A stretch of 64,000 bases of DNA from a bacterium (GTDB lineage: Bacteria; 4484-113; JAFGCY01): contig JAGRNR010000007.1 in the NCBI GenBank assembly GCA_020440645.1, forward strand, positions 7,366 through 71,365, written 5' to 3'. Each line of letters starts with the position of its first letter. Positions within the stretch are counted from its first letter, which is position 1. Both the position numbers and the translations under genes were made by a program. A model generated the notes under the pieces. That model had not been told where the DNA came from. It saw only the letters and a program-made list of their open reading frames with translations, and ran no database searches. Shown piece by piece: positions 37,358 to 46,662 of this stretch.

Positions 37358-37783
37358 ATGGACATGAAGGCATTATCCACCGCACTGCTCTGTTGCTCCC
37401 TGGCGCTTGCGCCGGTCTTCGCTTCCGCCAATGATGACAGCTGCGAATGCATCGCTGACCAGGTCAAGGCGACTACCAGGATGTGTGACCAGCTTGAAGC
37501 AATCCTTGCGGATTACTGCCCCGAGCCGCGCACTGCGGTTTATGGTGCGATCGGTTATGAGATGCGCTATACCGACAACGGTGTTGAGGGTGATTTCGAC
37601 CAGCGCCTGCGCTTCGCGATCAACTACTTCAACCAGCTGAGCGACAACCTGTCCCTGCATGTCGGAATCTCAGACCGCTTCAATGGCCTGCCGAATGGTG
37701 ATCCCTTCGGCTTCGAGCAGAACATCAGTGACATCAAGCGCGACATGCAACTTGATACGGCATACGCCCGTTACAGCCGCTGA
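37358..37783 (+). CDS. Small secreted protein resembling only the first strands of the porin barrel (possible gene remnant)
   Basis: Signal peptide MKALSTALLCCSLALAPVFASA (start 37358 or 37364). DQRLRFAINYFNQLSDNLSLHVGIS...DMQLDTAYARYS parallels FRQRIMFKLGYNQKINECVEVGFRLS...DIYLDRAYVKYS of the SLH porins. Confidence 0.5.
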   Translation: MDMKALSTALLCCSLALAPVFASANDDSCECIADQVKATTRMCDQLEAILADYCPEPRTAVYGAIGYEMRYTDNGVEGDFDQRLRFAINYFNQLSDNLSLHVGISDRFNGLPNGDPFGFEQNISDIKRDMQLDTAYARYSR

Positions 37784-37812
37784 GGCTGAATCTAAACAAC
37801 CAAGGAAATCCA

Positions 37813-37832
37813 ATGCCCGCGCAAGCGGGCAT
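37813..37832. terminator. Hairpin between convergent genes (possible bidirectional terminator)
   Basis: ATGCCCGC-GCAA-GCGGGCAT with a GNRA-type loop. Weak T tract (TTCGCTATTT) on the plus strand. Confidence 0.45.
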
Positions 37833-37836
37833 TTCG

Positions 37837-38925
37837 CTATTTGAGGCGGCCGCCCTTGTGTACGGTGAAGGTCTCACCGGCCTTGATTGACTTAACGAAC
37901 TCCGTCATCAGGGTAGGGATCGCATCCAGGTCGTTTAAGTCAATCGTCTCACTCGGGCTGTGCATGTAGCGGTTAGGTGTGCTCAGGATGCCACAGGGGA
38001 TGCCCTTGCGGCTGATGTAGATAGAGCCAGCGTTGGTACCACTGCGCACCGGGATCGGGATCCGCTGCAGCTTGATCTTCTTCTGCGCCGCCACCTCATC
38101 CAGCCTGTCCACCACCGCCGGGTGCGCGGCGGAACCTATGCGCTGGCAGGGACCGCCACCGAGGCGGATGTCGTTGCGCATGTGCTTGGATGTATCCGGG
38201 AAGTCCGTGCTGTTGCCGACGTCCACTACGAGGCATACATCCGGGTCCCAGCGGTAGGCCGCCATCGCGGCACCATGCAGGCCGATCTCCTCCTGCACGT
38301 TTGAGCAGGCGATCACCTTGTGCTTCACCCCGGCGGCCTTGCAGCGGCGCAGGGCCTCCGCGCTGCTCCAGATGCCGATACGGTTGTCACAGGCCCGGGC
38401 GCATAGCGTGTCCCCCAGCAGTCGCACGGGGCCATGGTCAATCGTGACGGTCACTCCGGGCCTTACCCAGCGGCCGGCATCGGCCTTGTCCTTCGCACCG
38501 ATGTCGACGTAAATCTCATTCATCTGGATGGTGCGTGCAGCAAGATCACCGGTCTGCATGTGCGGGGCGATCGTGCCGACCACACCCTTGATGTCTCCGT
38601 CCGGGGCATGCACCAGCACCCGCATGCCGGGCAGCACCTTGGCGTCGATGCCGCCAATGGCACTGACCCAGAGGTAGCCCTCCTCGTCGATATAGGTGAC
38701 CATCATGCCGACTTCGTCGCTGTGGCCATCGAACATCACGCTCTGCTTCGCCTTGGGGTTGAGCACGGCAAAGGCATTGCCGTAGGCATCGGTCATCACT
38801 TCATCCGCGAAGGGCGTGACGTAGTCCAGCCAGACCCGGGTGGCGGCTGCCTCATGCCCCGAGGGACTGTGGCATTCAAGCAGTGACAACAGGAAATCGT
38901 AGGGCTTCTTCTGCACGCCCATCAT
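37837..38925 (-). CDS. M42-family metallo-aminopeptidase (FrvX/CelM-like)
   Basis: LLECHSPSGHEAAATRVW..., 362 aa. An alternative leaderless GTG start at 38916 is possible (TATAAT plus 7 nt). Confidence 0.85.
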   Translation of the reverse strand: MMGVQKKPYDFLLSLLECHSPSGHEAAATRVWLDYVTPFADEVMTDAYGNAFAVLNPKAKQSVMFDGHSDEVGMMVTYIDEEGYLWVSAIGGIDAKVLPGMRVLVHAPDGDIKGVVGTIAPHMQTGDLAARTIQMNEIYVDIGAKDKADAGRWVRPGVTVTIDHGPVRLLGDTLCARACDNRIGIWSSAEALRRCKAAGVKHKVIACSNVQEEIGLHGAAMAAYRWDPDVCLVVDVGNSTDFPDTSKHMRNDIRLGGGPCQRIGSAAHPAVVDRLDEVAAQKKIKLQRIPIPVRSGTNAGSIYISRKGIPCGILSTPNRYMHSPSETIDLNDLDAIPTLMTEFVKSIKAGETFTVHKGGRLK

Positions 38926-39101
38926 TATACAGCGGCAGTGGATTCAGGATAGGCCAGCATGGGGACATCGTGTGGATACGTGGATGGAGCACCCCGCTGT
39001 GTTAGAATCTGACAGGGTAATCCGTGGACAAATTGTTGATCATCTCCACGGGTGCGGAAGAACTGTGGATAGCAATCAAAGATGATCAACAGAGGGTTAG
39101 G

Positions 39102-41060
39102 ATGAAGTGCCTGATTCAGCGGCTTTCCCTGCTGATGCTGCTCTGCGCAGCTGCAAGCCTGCTCAGCTCCGCCACACGCAGCCTCAACCAGGGCTACCTC
39201 GTGCCGAGCGGCAATACCCGGATCGACCAGCAGGTGCTGAAGGGCGAGCACAAGTTCTGTGCCCTGACCTTCGATGACGGCCCCGATGTCCGCTACACGA
39301 TGAAGGTGCATGACATCCTGCGGGAGGAGGGCATCCGCGCGACCTTCTTCGTCGTTGGCAGGAATGTCGACCGCTATCCGGAGCAGGTGGTGGCACTGGC
39401 GGAGTACGGGCATGAAATTGGCAACCACAGCTACACGCACCGCGACCTGCTGACGCTGAGCAAGGCGCAGATCAAGAAGGAAATTGACGACACCAGCAGC
39501 ATCCTCGAGAAGCTCGGCATTACGCCGCACTGGTTCCGGCCGCCCTATGGCAGCTTCAACCGCACGGTGGTGGACCAGATTGCCGATGCCGGGCTGGACA
39601 CCATGCTGTGGAGCGTGGACCCCAATGACTGGCAGCGTCCGGGCTCTGACGTGATCCGCAAGCGGGTTGTCGGCAACGCCGGACCGGGGGCGGTGATCCT
39701 GATGCACAGCACAGTCAGCCAGACCGTCGAGGCCCTGCCGGGCATCATCAAGGACCTGCGGGCCGAGGGATACACCTTCGTTACGGCCAGTGAATGGCAG
39801 CAGCTGGTCAGTGGCGGGGCCACGCTGGAGACGCTCAACCCTGTGAATGACTACAGCATGCCACTCAACCTGATGGATGCACCCGTGGCAGGCATGGATA
39901 TGCCGAGCGGAACCATCAGTGGCGGGATCCCGGCTGATGCCGATGTCTGGCAGCGCGTGCCGGCAGGTACACGCGGAAACGCAGCGCGGGTGCTGAAGGT
40001 CTATGCCAACTTTGTCGATGACAACGACCTGCGCCGCGTGCTTTCCGATGGCAAGTCGCGCAACATGATCGCCAGCGAGTCCGTGGTCGGCAACGGCCTG
40101 CTCAGGGTGCTGGACGGCCTGCCGCCGCAGCAGATAGTCGCCGTGGTGGAGGAGCCGGGCGACCGGCGTGATGCCCGCGACAGTGTGGAAGTGCAGATCA
40201 TCGATACGCCGGTGATTGAGAACGGCGAACTGATTGCGGAAGCTGCCCGCCAGGCCAAGGATCTCGAACAGCTGGAAAGTGCAGCCGCTGCAACGGATGA
40301 CGCGATGGCAGCGGACGGACGCAAGCCCGCAATGCAGCTGCCTCAGCAGGCAGCCGCCCCCGATGGGCCAGTCGCCCTGGGCAGCAGCGCGGAACTGAGC
40401 ATCAACCTCGCCAGCCGTGAATATGCAGCCAGCGTGCCTGCTGTTGACGACGGCCGGATCGCCTTCGTCAGCTATGCCGGCTCGCCGGACATCTCGGAGT
40501 GGAACCGGCTGGCAAGCTACATGCAGCTATGTGGCCTGCAAGGCTTTGGCTATGCCAGCGGCTTCAATGTCGGCAAGGCCCCGCTGGACTTCCCCTTCAG
40601 CGCTGCCGCCAGCCGGGACGGCCGGGAGCGGATGGAACTCGGGCTGTTCAACCCGGCGCGCTACCTGGCAGAGCTTGGCAATGGCCAGTCCTACTACATA
40701 CCTGTGCGCAGCTCGGACCTGGCAGCGATGGAGCAGGCCAGCCTGTTCGATGGAAATGCCAACGGCTACCGCGAGTTCATGCTGATCCGCCAGTTCAGCG
40801 CAGGCATGTCCAGCTCAGCGGCCCCAGCCGGATTGCAGCTCGGCGATGACATGCAGGCAGTACTGTTCACGTCAGGCGATCGCAATGTGCTGATGGTGGC
40901 CAGCCAGCGTCCGGGCATCAGCCTCAGCCTGCCTCAGCAGTTCCAGGGCTGGCAGCAGGTGCTGGTGGATCCCCAGGGCCGCCTGACCTCCAAGCAGGCC
41001 GGCGGCAGCGTGCAGGAGGACGGCAGGCTGCTGGTCCTCGTGCTTGACGGCGGTGAGTAG
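39102..41060 (+). CDS. Secreted polysaccharide deacetylase (CE4/NodB domain) with a roughly 400-aa C-terminal extension of unknown function
   Basis: NodB motifs LTFDDGPD, GHEIGNHSYTHRDL, WFRPPYGS and LWSVDPNDW. ORF from GTG 39024; ATG 39102 gives a signal-like MKCLIQRLSLLMLLCAAASLLSSA. TAGAAT at 39003-39008. Confidence 0.85.
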   Translation: MKCLIQRLSLLMLLCAAASLLSSATRSLNQGYLVPSGNTRIDQQVLKGEHKFCALTFDDGPDVRYTMKVHDILREEGIRATFFVVGRNVDRYPEQVVALAEYGHEIGNHSYTHRDLLTLSKAQIKKEIDDTSSILEKLGITPHWFRPPYGSFNRTVVDQIADAGLDTMLWSVDPNDWQRPGSDVIRKRVVGNAGPGAVILMHSTVSQTVEALPGIIKDLRAEGYTFVTASEWQQLVSGGATLETLNPVNDYSMPLNLMDAPVAGMDMPSGTISGGIPADADVWQRVPAGTRGNAARVLKVYANFVDDNDLRRVLSDGKSRNMIASESVVGNGLLRVLDGLPPQQIVAVVEEPGDRRDARDSVEVQIIDTPVIENGELIAEAARQAKDLEQLESAAAATDDAMAADGRKPAMQLPQQAAAPDGPVALGSSAELSINLASREYAASVPAVDDGRIAFVSYAGSPDISEWNRLASYMQLCGLQGFGYASGFNVGKAPLDFPFSAAASRDGRERMELGLFNPARYLAELGNGQSYYIPVRSSDLAAMEQASLFDGNANGYREFMLIRQFSAGMSSSAAPAGLQLGDDMQAVLFTSGDRNVLMVASQRPGISLSLPQQFQGWQQVLVDPQGRLTSKQAGGSVQEDGRLLVLVLDGGE

Positions 41061-41739
41061 GGAACTGCCCGCGCTGCATGTCCTGCCCGAGCGGGAGATC
41101 AGTGCCAACCTCGCGGCCGAAGCAGCCCTGCTGGAGCAGTGCGCGTATGAGCAACGGGCAGCTTGCCTGTTCTATGTCAATGACCCCTGCATCGTGCTTG
41201 GCCGCAGCAACCAGCCATCCGAGTGGGTGGACATTGCGCAGGCCGAGGCGGACGGGATACCGGTAGTGCGCCGCATCAGCGGCGGTGGCACGGTCTACCA
41301 CGACAATGACAACCTGAACTTCTCCTTCATCGTGCCTCGCGCACAGCTCAATGAGCTTTGCGGACTGGTGGGGGAGGGGGCGCTCAGCACTTCAGCCTAC
41401 ATCGACTTCTTCCGCAGCCTGGTGATCGGGGCATTGTCAGTACACGGAGGCGAGTGGACTGCCACCGGCACTTCTGACATCAGCCTCAACGGCCGCAAGG
41501 TGAGCGGCAATGCCCAGCGCATCGCCCACCGCGCGGTGCTGCACCACGGCACCCTGATGCTGCACTGCCCGCTCACGGCAATCGAGCGCTACCTGCCGAT
41601 CCCGCCGGACCGTCCCGGAGTCAGCCATGCCGACTTCATCACCGGACTGGCCGAGGAAGGCTATCCTGCGGATATGGAACAGCTCAGGGAATGGCTGTAT
41701 GCAGCTTTTGTGGCACGCCTCAGCGCCGGCAGGGATTAA
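41044..41739 (+). CDS. Lipoate-protein ligase/octanoyltransferase-family protein (BPL/LPL catalytic domain only)
   Basis: VRRISGGGTVYHDNDNLNFSFIV and RKVSGNAQRIAHRAVLHHGTLML. TTG start is uncertain. Overlaps the upstream gene by 17 nt. Confidence 0.75.
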   Translation: MTAVSRELPALHVLPEREISANLAAEAALLEQCAYEQRAACLFYVNDPCIVLGRSNQPSEWVDIAQAEADGIPVVRRISGGGTVYHDNDNLNFSFIVPRAQLNELCGLVGEGALSTSAYIDFFRSLVIGALSVHGGEWTATGTSDISLNGRKVSGNAQRIAHRAVLHHGTLMLHCPLTAIERYLPIPPDRPGVSHADFITGLAEEGYPADMEQLREWLYAAFVARLSAGRD

Positions 41740-42040
41740 ACCGGCAGCCGCTCCCTGCCGATATAGCGGATACGCATGGACTTCAAGCGCATAGACGGAG
41801 TGGCGCCGGCGGGCCGGGTGAAGGGCATCGGCAGTGAGCAGAGCAGGCGCAACCGGGACCAGCACCACCAGGATGAGGAGCAGCCGGAGGAGCAGGCCGA
41901 GCACCAGGAGCTGCATGACCTCGTGTCCCTGGCCTCACTGAATGCAGTTGAGGAACTGGTACAGACCAGGATCGTGCGCGTTGAGCAGAAGTCCGAAGAG
42001 GAAGCCGAGAAGCATCCGCACTTCGACCGGATGGTCTGAG

Positions 42041-43147
42041 CTAGAGCTCCACGTACTCCCCGGTGATCGCATTCACCGCAAAGGGCATCGGCACATTCAC
42101 ATACTCATACTGCTGGAACGTTGTCGTGCCGCGCGTGTTGAGCTGGTCGCGCTTCTGGCTGTACCAGGCATCAAACAGCCAGCCCGGCTCGAGCTTGCCT
42201 GAATTGGTACGGCTCTGGTAGTAGCCAAGCTTGATGTTCGTGATCGTCAGCAGCGGCGGGTGCTTGTCGTAGCTCTTGTAGATCGCCTCGCGGGCCAGCA
42301 CCAGTGCCTGGTTGGCACTGTAGCAATCCTTGACGCCGCCGGAAGCCTTGATGCCGTTGTCCCAGAAGTACTCCATCCCGACCAGGTTGCGGTCGCCGTC
42401 CATCAGCACCTTGCAGTACACGTCCAGCACCGGCACGCCTGATTCGACGATGGTGTTGCCACCTTTCACGTCAGGCACCTCGACGGGAGCGATGAACTCG
42501 GGATAGGCGTAGTAGGAGAACAGGCGCTCTCCCTTGTCCTGGATGCCGGCCAGCACGATGGACTGGAAACCGGAGGGCACCTGCAGGTCGCCGAACATCT
42601 GTGAGATCAGGCGCTCGACAGCCGTGCGGCCTTCCTTCTCATTGAAGGAGTTGTAGGTGTCAATGTCCGCGCTGTAGGTGCCCGTGATTTCCACGTCGGT
42701 CTTCACCACCGGCTGGTGCGGCACGTTGTTCTGGTAGACGAAGCCGCGGCTGTAGACATCGAGGAAGGCCGGCACGATTTCCATGTCCTCGTAGTTGTTG
42801 ATCGTCTGGCTGCCGCTTTCCACAAGTCGCAGCACCATGCCGGACTTGTAGCGCGTGCCATTGCCCCAGACCGGGTGCACGATCTGCTCCTTGTCCGTCA
42901 CGTTGCCCTGGCCGCCGAAGAAGCGGTTGATCAGGTCCGTGGCGCCGTAGGTCTGGTTGCGGCTGATGTCTGCCAGTTTGGGCTTGATGTAGGGCACCGG
43001 CACATCGACCGTGAGGAAGCTGCTCTTGAAGAGCTCCTCCTGGGTACGGTCCAGGCTCGGCTTGGACTGGTCGAAGATCTCGGCGCTGGCGGGAACGCAG
43101 AGCAACACTGCGGCGATAAGGCCACTGATAGGTATAAGGTACTTCAT
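42041..43147 (-). CDS. Secreted hypothetical protein
   Basis: ORF to 43159. ATG 43147 is preferred (GAGGGA SD; signal MKYLIPISGLIAAVLLCVPASA). TATAAT at 43165-43170 on the minus strand. Confidence 0.65.
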   Translation of the reverse strand: MKYLIPISGLIAAVLLCVPASAEIFDQSKPSLDRTQEELFKSSFLTVDVPVPYIKPKLADISRNQTYGATDLINRFFGGQGNVTDKEQIVHPVWGNGTRYKSGMVLRLVESGSQTINNYEDMEIVPAFLDVYSRGFVYQNNVPHQPVVKTDVEITGTYSADIDTYNSFNEKEGRTAVERLISQMFGDLQVPSGFQSIVLAGIQDKGERLFSYYAYPEFIAPVEVPDVKGGNTIVESGVPVLDVYCKVLMDGDRNLVGMEYFWDNGIKASGGVKDCYSANQALVLAREAIYKSYDKHPPLLTITNIKLGYYQSRTNSGKLEPGWLFDAWYSQKRDQLNTRGTTTFQQYEYVNVPMPFAVNAITGEYVEL

Positions 43148-43263
43148 ATCATCCCTCACTGTGAATTATACAGGACTGTGAAACGCCTGTTTTGTTCGGG
43201 GCAGGGCGGGGGGATTTGCATCTGCTGAAGCCTGGGCCGAGGATTGAGGTATAAACTTGAAGT

Positions 43264-43491
43264 ATGTCCATCCCCATCAAACTGACCGCAGTGATAAGCC
43301 GAGAGGAAGACATGTACGTGGCCCTGTGTCCGGAGCTGGATGTAGTCAGCCAGGGCAATACAGTTGCTGTGGCCAAGGCCAACCTGCAAGAAGCGGTTGA
43401 ACTGTACCTTGAATGCGCCAGCGAAGAAGAGCTGAAGCAGCGTATTCCGTTTGACACAGAGATCAGTACCTTTGAAGTAAGCCCGCACTGA
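43264..43491 (+). CDS. hicB: HicB-family antitoxin (short, UPF0150-like fold)
   Basis: LTAVISREEDMYVALCPELDVVSQGNTVAVAKANLQEAVELYLE. Its stop overlaps the hicA start (TGATG). Confidence 0.8.
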   Translation: MSIPIKLTAVISREEDMYVALCPELDVVSQGNTVAVAKANLQEAVELYLECASEEELKQRIPFDTEISTFEVSPH

Positions 43492-43712
43492 TGGGCCGTC
43501 TGGGCAGGTTCAGTGGAGCTGAAGTCTGCCGCATACTTGCTGATCATGGATTCCGGGAAGTCCGCCGGAAAGGCAGCCATATTGTCATGCAACTGCAACA
43601 AGAGCATTCAAGCAGGACTGTTCCAGTACCAGACCACAAGGAGCTCAAGACGGGAACTCTTTCAGGAATCATCCGTCTTAGTGGATTGCCAAGGCAGCTG
43701 TTTGAGGTCTGA
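43491..43712 (+). CDS. hicA: HicA-family mRNA interferase toxin
   Basis: FSGAEVCRILADHGFREVRRKGSHIVMQ...VPVPDHKELKTGTLSGIIRLSGL. Confidence 0.9.
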   Translation: MGRLGRFSGAEVCRILADHGFREVRRKGSHIVMQLQQEHSSRTVPVPDHKELKTGTLSGIIRLSGLPRQLFEV

Positions 43713-43811
43713 TCAGGCAGAGGGGAGTACAGGCTAGTTGCAGACTGTACCTGCAAGGTCATCAGCTCTGGCTTTCGCGTCAGAAGAGTAATTCCGTAAA
43801 GCACAATCCAA

Positions 43812-45242
43812 CTAGCTGCTGATTGAATCCAGCTGGTCACTGAATTCGACTCGCAGGCACTCGGCAATCTGTACTTCATATGGATATGGATTTTCCTGAT
43901 CACTCAAAATGTCCAACAGTCGAGCGATTGCCTGGGCGAATTCATAGGGGGACAGGATCCTGCTGCGGTCGTAGAAGCCAGCCGGGTACCCTTCCAGGGT
44001 TCCACTGTCAATGAAGAACTCTACCGCGTCGTAGGCCCAGTGCTCGGGGGGGACATCGGCGGATGCGCCGGTACGCATTGATCCCTGGATCTCGTTGTTC
44101 ATGCCCAGGTTGGATATCTCCAGGCTGACGAAATGGTCTGTGTGCCCCATACTGACAATTTGGTCTTTGAATTCATTCATGCAGATGTGCAGAAGCATCT
44201 TTTGTGAGTCAGAGCCATTTTCAAAAATAGAATATCCAAAGACTAGAGCTGCAGAAGCAAATTCATACCTTGTCAGCAATCGGTCTTCCCTGCTGAAGAA
44301 ATCACCTGGTTGGACAACTTTCCATTCGACGTTCGGGTCGTTGACCAAGTAGTCGAATAGGGCGTAAGCCCAATGATCCCGTGGAACTTCGTCATAGGCA
44401 GAGTGCCGTTGCTGGACTTCAGGTGCTGTTGCTAATTCAAACTGCTCAGGGTCTGGAAAAAATTCGAAGGAGATCGAAGTGTTCCTGTGATGGTTAATGC
44501 TGTTGTAAGCAAATCTCCATTGTCGTAAGTTATCCAGATTGACGGTTCTTGGAATCCATTCCTGGATCACGGGATTGCTTTGCGCTGGCACTACACCGTT
44601 GAAAACTTCCAGCTGGTCTTCAATCTCAGTATGAACGATGTCCAGCAGTAATCTGTCAACCACTGGCTGGCCCTCAATGTCTGATTCAGTAATCATCTTT
44701 GAAATGTCCTGAGCTGTCATCGGCAGGAAGCTGTCTCTGAACTGGTTCGGAATATCAAGTCTGCCGACAAAGTTCAAGTAGTCAATGATCATGGCAACAA
44801 TCTGAGTATTGGCCGAATCGCAATCTATCTTGACACTTGGTTTCAATCTCAAATCAGAAACAACCAGTTCCTGAGGGTAACTCAGGTCATTGCCATCTGC
44901 ATCCTGCCTGATTCCTCCCATCCCACAACCCCATTGGTCTGAGTACTCCAAACGCATGACCTCCATGAGCACAAAGTCACCGAGGGGATAGTTGCGATCA
45001 AGCCCGTCTATTGCAATAGCGGTGGGCAAGACAAATTCATACCGGGTCTGGGGCTGGCCTGCCTCACTGAAGCGGATTGCCTCAGCCTGTTCCGGGTGCA
45101 CTAGCAGTCTGTCCTGCCAGTATTCCAGAACCTTGTAGCTCCAATGATCCAGCGGAACCTCGTCATAGGCGCTGCCAGCGATGGCAGGCTTGCAGCACAT
45201 AAGCAAGAAGAGCAGTGTCGCGATTGGATTTGCGAAATTCAT
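43812..45242 (-). CDS. Secreted protein made of three SLH-like modules, no barrel
   Basis: Signal peptide MNFANPIATLLFLLMCCKPAIAGSAY. SLH-like cores DHWSYKVLEYW, DHWAYALFDYLV...LLTRYEFASAAL and EHWAYDAVEFFIDSGTLEGYPAGFYDRSRILSPYEFAQAIARLLD. ATGA overlap with the upstream gene. Confidence 0.75.
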   Translation of the reverse strand: MNFANPIATLLFLLMCCKPAIAGSAYDEVPLDHWSYKVLEYWQDRLLVHPEQAEAIRFSEAGQPQTRYEFVLPTAIAIDGLDRNYPLGDFVLMEVMRLEYSDQWGCGMGGIRQDADGNDLSYPQELVVSDLRLKPSVKIDCDSANTQIVAMIIDYLNFVGRLDIPNQFRDSFLPMTAQDISKMITESDIEGQPVVDRLLLDIVHTEIEDQLEVFNGVVPAQSNPVIQEWIPRTVNLDNLRQWRFAYNSINHHRNTSISFEFFPDPEQFELATAPEVQQRHSAYDEVPRDHWAYALFDYLVNDPNVEWKVVQPGDFFSREDRLLTRYEFASAALVFGYSIFENGSDSQKMLLHICMNEFKDQIVSMGHTDHFVSLEISNLGMNNEIQGSMRTGASADVPPEHWAYDAVEFFIDSGTLEGYPAGFYDRSRILSPYEFAQAIARLLDILSDQENPYPYEVQIAECLRVEFSDQLDSISS

Positions 45243-46543
45243 TGCTGTCCCTCGCTGTCAGACATCAACTCACTGAGTCGTTGGATTCCGTATCCACTGC
45301 CTGGAAAGTTCACATCAGGCAGCAGGTCTTCGAATTCATGCCGCAGTGCCTCAGCCATGATCAGAATATCCGTCGGGGAGTTGTCATCCAGGCTGCCGCA
45401 TAGACATCTGACGGCTACCGCGAGATCGTGTCTGTTGATTTCGCCTGCTATTCGGAAGATGCCTCGTGGGTACTCTGCCAGGTAGCCTCGCATCTGTAGG
45501 TACTCAAGACTGTTGAAGGCCCAGTGGTCAGGTACCACTGCCGAACTGGGGTCAGCCTTGCGACTTGCGGCCCAGCCCTCAAGCTCTGAGAAATCCAGTC
45601 TGACCTGGTGAGGCATGCCATTCTGCGCGTTTATCTCTTTATTGAACTCTTGATGGAGCAGCAGCATGCCAAGTGAATAGGGCTCATCAATCTGGAGGAC
45701 ATTGTCACTAATAATCCTCATTACGGCTTGAGCAAGTTCGTATCTGGTGAGTGAACCACTGGCAAAGAATTTGTGCGGATATCCTTCCAGCAAGCCGCGT
45801 TCGGCATAAGAGTTCAGCATGCTGTATGCCCAGTGATCCTGCGGAACATCGTCATATGCTGAAGTTGGCACTTCGGTCGCTTCCGTCACTTCGACCATAT
45901 CCGGCTGCATACATTCAACGATCTCGAATGGGCAATCAGCAATCCAGTCTACATCTGCCAACTCGTGATGCAGGGTAGTTGCCATGATTACCTCATCCAC
46001 TGCAGGTTGCTCTGGTAAATCGAGGAATAACTGGTTGACCACTACGGCTGCATTCCGTCTGCTCAATGACTTCCAATTAGTGAAGTAGTTGGCAGGGAAG
46101 TTCTGCAGGTAGCCTTCAGTCTGCAGGTAATCGAATGCATTCAATACCCAGTGATCCGAGCTGAGCCAACCCGTCTCCGGTGCAGACTCTGCTGGGACTG
46201 GATCTCCTGAGGGATCCTCAGAAAGGTTTACTATTCCACTAAAGCAAATCAGGTCACTGAATTCTGCCCTCAGGGTTTCAACCATGATTGGCACATTCTC
46301 TTCCTCTGTGTCTGCAGTTGCCATCTGAAGTTGCAGGATGGCGAACTGGAATTCGTCACGCTTCAGGACCTGTGATCCATCAAACACCTTGGCAGGATAG
46401 TTCTGCAGGTATCCGTGGTGTTGCAGGTAGTCCAGGGCATTATAGGCCCAGTGCTCTGTGGAAACTTCGTTATAGGCACTGCCCGCCAATGCAGGGGTGC
46501 AAAGCAGCAGGATCGCAGCAAGCGTTGTCAGCCTAAGCCGCAT
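45239..46543 (-). CDS. Secreted protein made of four SLH-like modules, no barrel
   Basis: ORF to 46606. ATG 46543 is preferred (GGAGAAAG SD; signal MRLRLTTLAAILLLCTPALAGSAY). Four copies of (D/E)HW(A/V)(Y/F/L)N...Y(L)Q...GY(L)...(Y/F)P, each followed by an L(R/H)xEFxD segment. Confidence 0.75.
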   Translation of the reverse strand: MRLRLTTLAAILLLCTPALAGSAYNEVSTEHWAYNALDYLQHHGYLQNYPAKVFDGSQVLKRDEFQFAILQLQMATADTEEENVPIMVETLRAEFSDLICFSGIVNLSEDPSGDPVPAESAPETGWLSSDHWVLNAFDYLQTEGYLQNFPANYFTNWKSLSRRNAAVVVNQLFLDLPEQPAVDEVIMATTLHHELADVDWIADCPFEIVECMQPDMVEVTEATEVPTSAYDDVPQDHWAYSMLNSYAERGLLEGYPHKFFASGSLTRYELAQAVMRIISDNVLQIDEPYSLGMLLLHQEFNKEINAQNGMPHQVRLDFSELEGWAASRKADPSSAVVPDHWAFNSLEYLQMRGYLAEYPRGIFRIAGEINRHDLAVAVRCLCGSLDDNSPTDILIMAEALRHEFEDLLPDVNFPGSGYGIQRLSELMSDSEGQQ

Positions 46544-46662
46544 GTCTTTCTCCAGTTTCCCTCGCACGGGGGTTCCGGGCACCCATGCGGGATTGCTCTT
46601 CCTCAATCAGCTAATCGCTGAGTGGGAAGGGGGAGTTAAACGCATGCTGCTGTCTGCGACTG

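Noticed and set aside
41740-42040. Small ORFs in the 300-bp gap after the LplA-like gene: 41776..42039(+), an 87-aa highly charged product, and 41437..41916(-), with a hydrophobic N-terminus. There is also a 26-aa hydrophobic minus-strand peptide near 41950-42030.
   Set aside because: The candidates overlap each other. None has an SD or a -10 box, and the minus ORF runs 300 nt into the LplA-like gene. I cannot support any of them from sequence alone; Ribo-seq or conservation data would be needed.
43264-43712. hicBA considered as part of a larger anti-phage defence island.
   Set aside because: The neighbouring genes are envelope proteins. No nucleases, helicases, methyltransferases or other defence hallmarks lie nearby. 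I treat it as a solitary type II TA pair.
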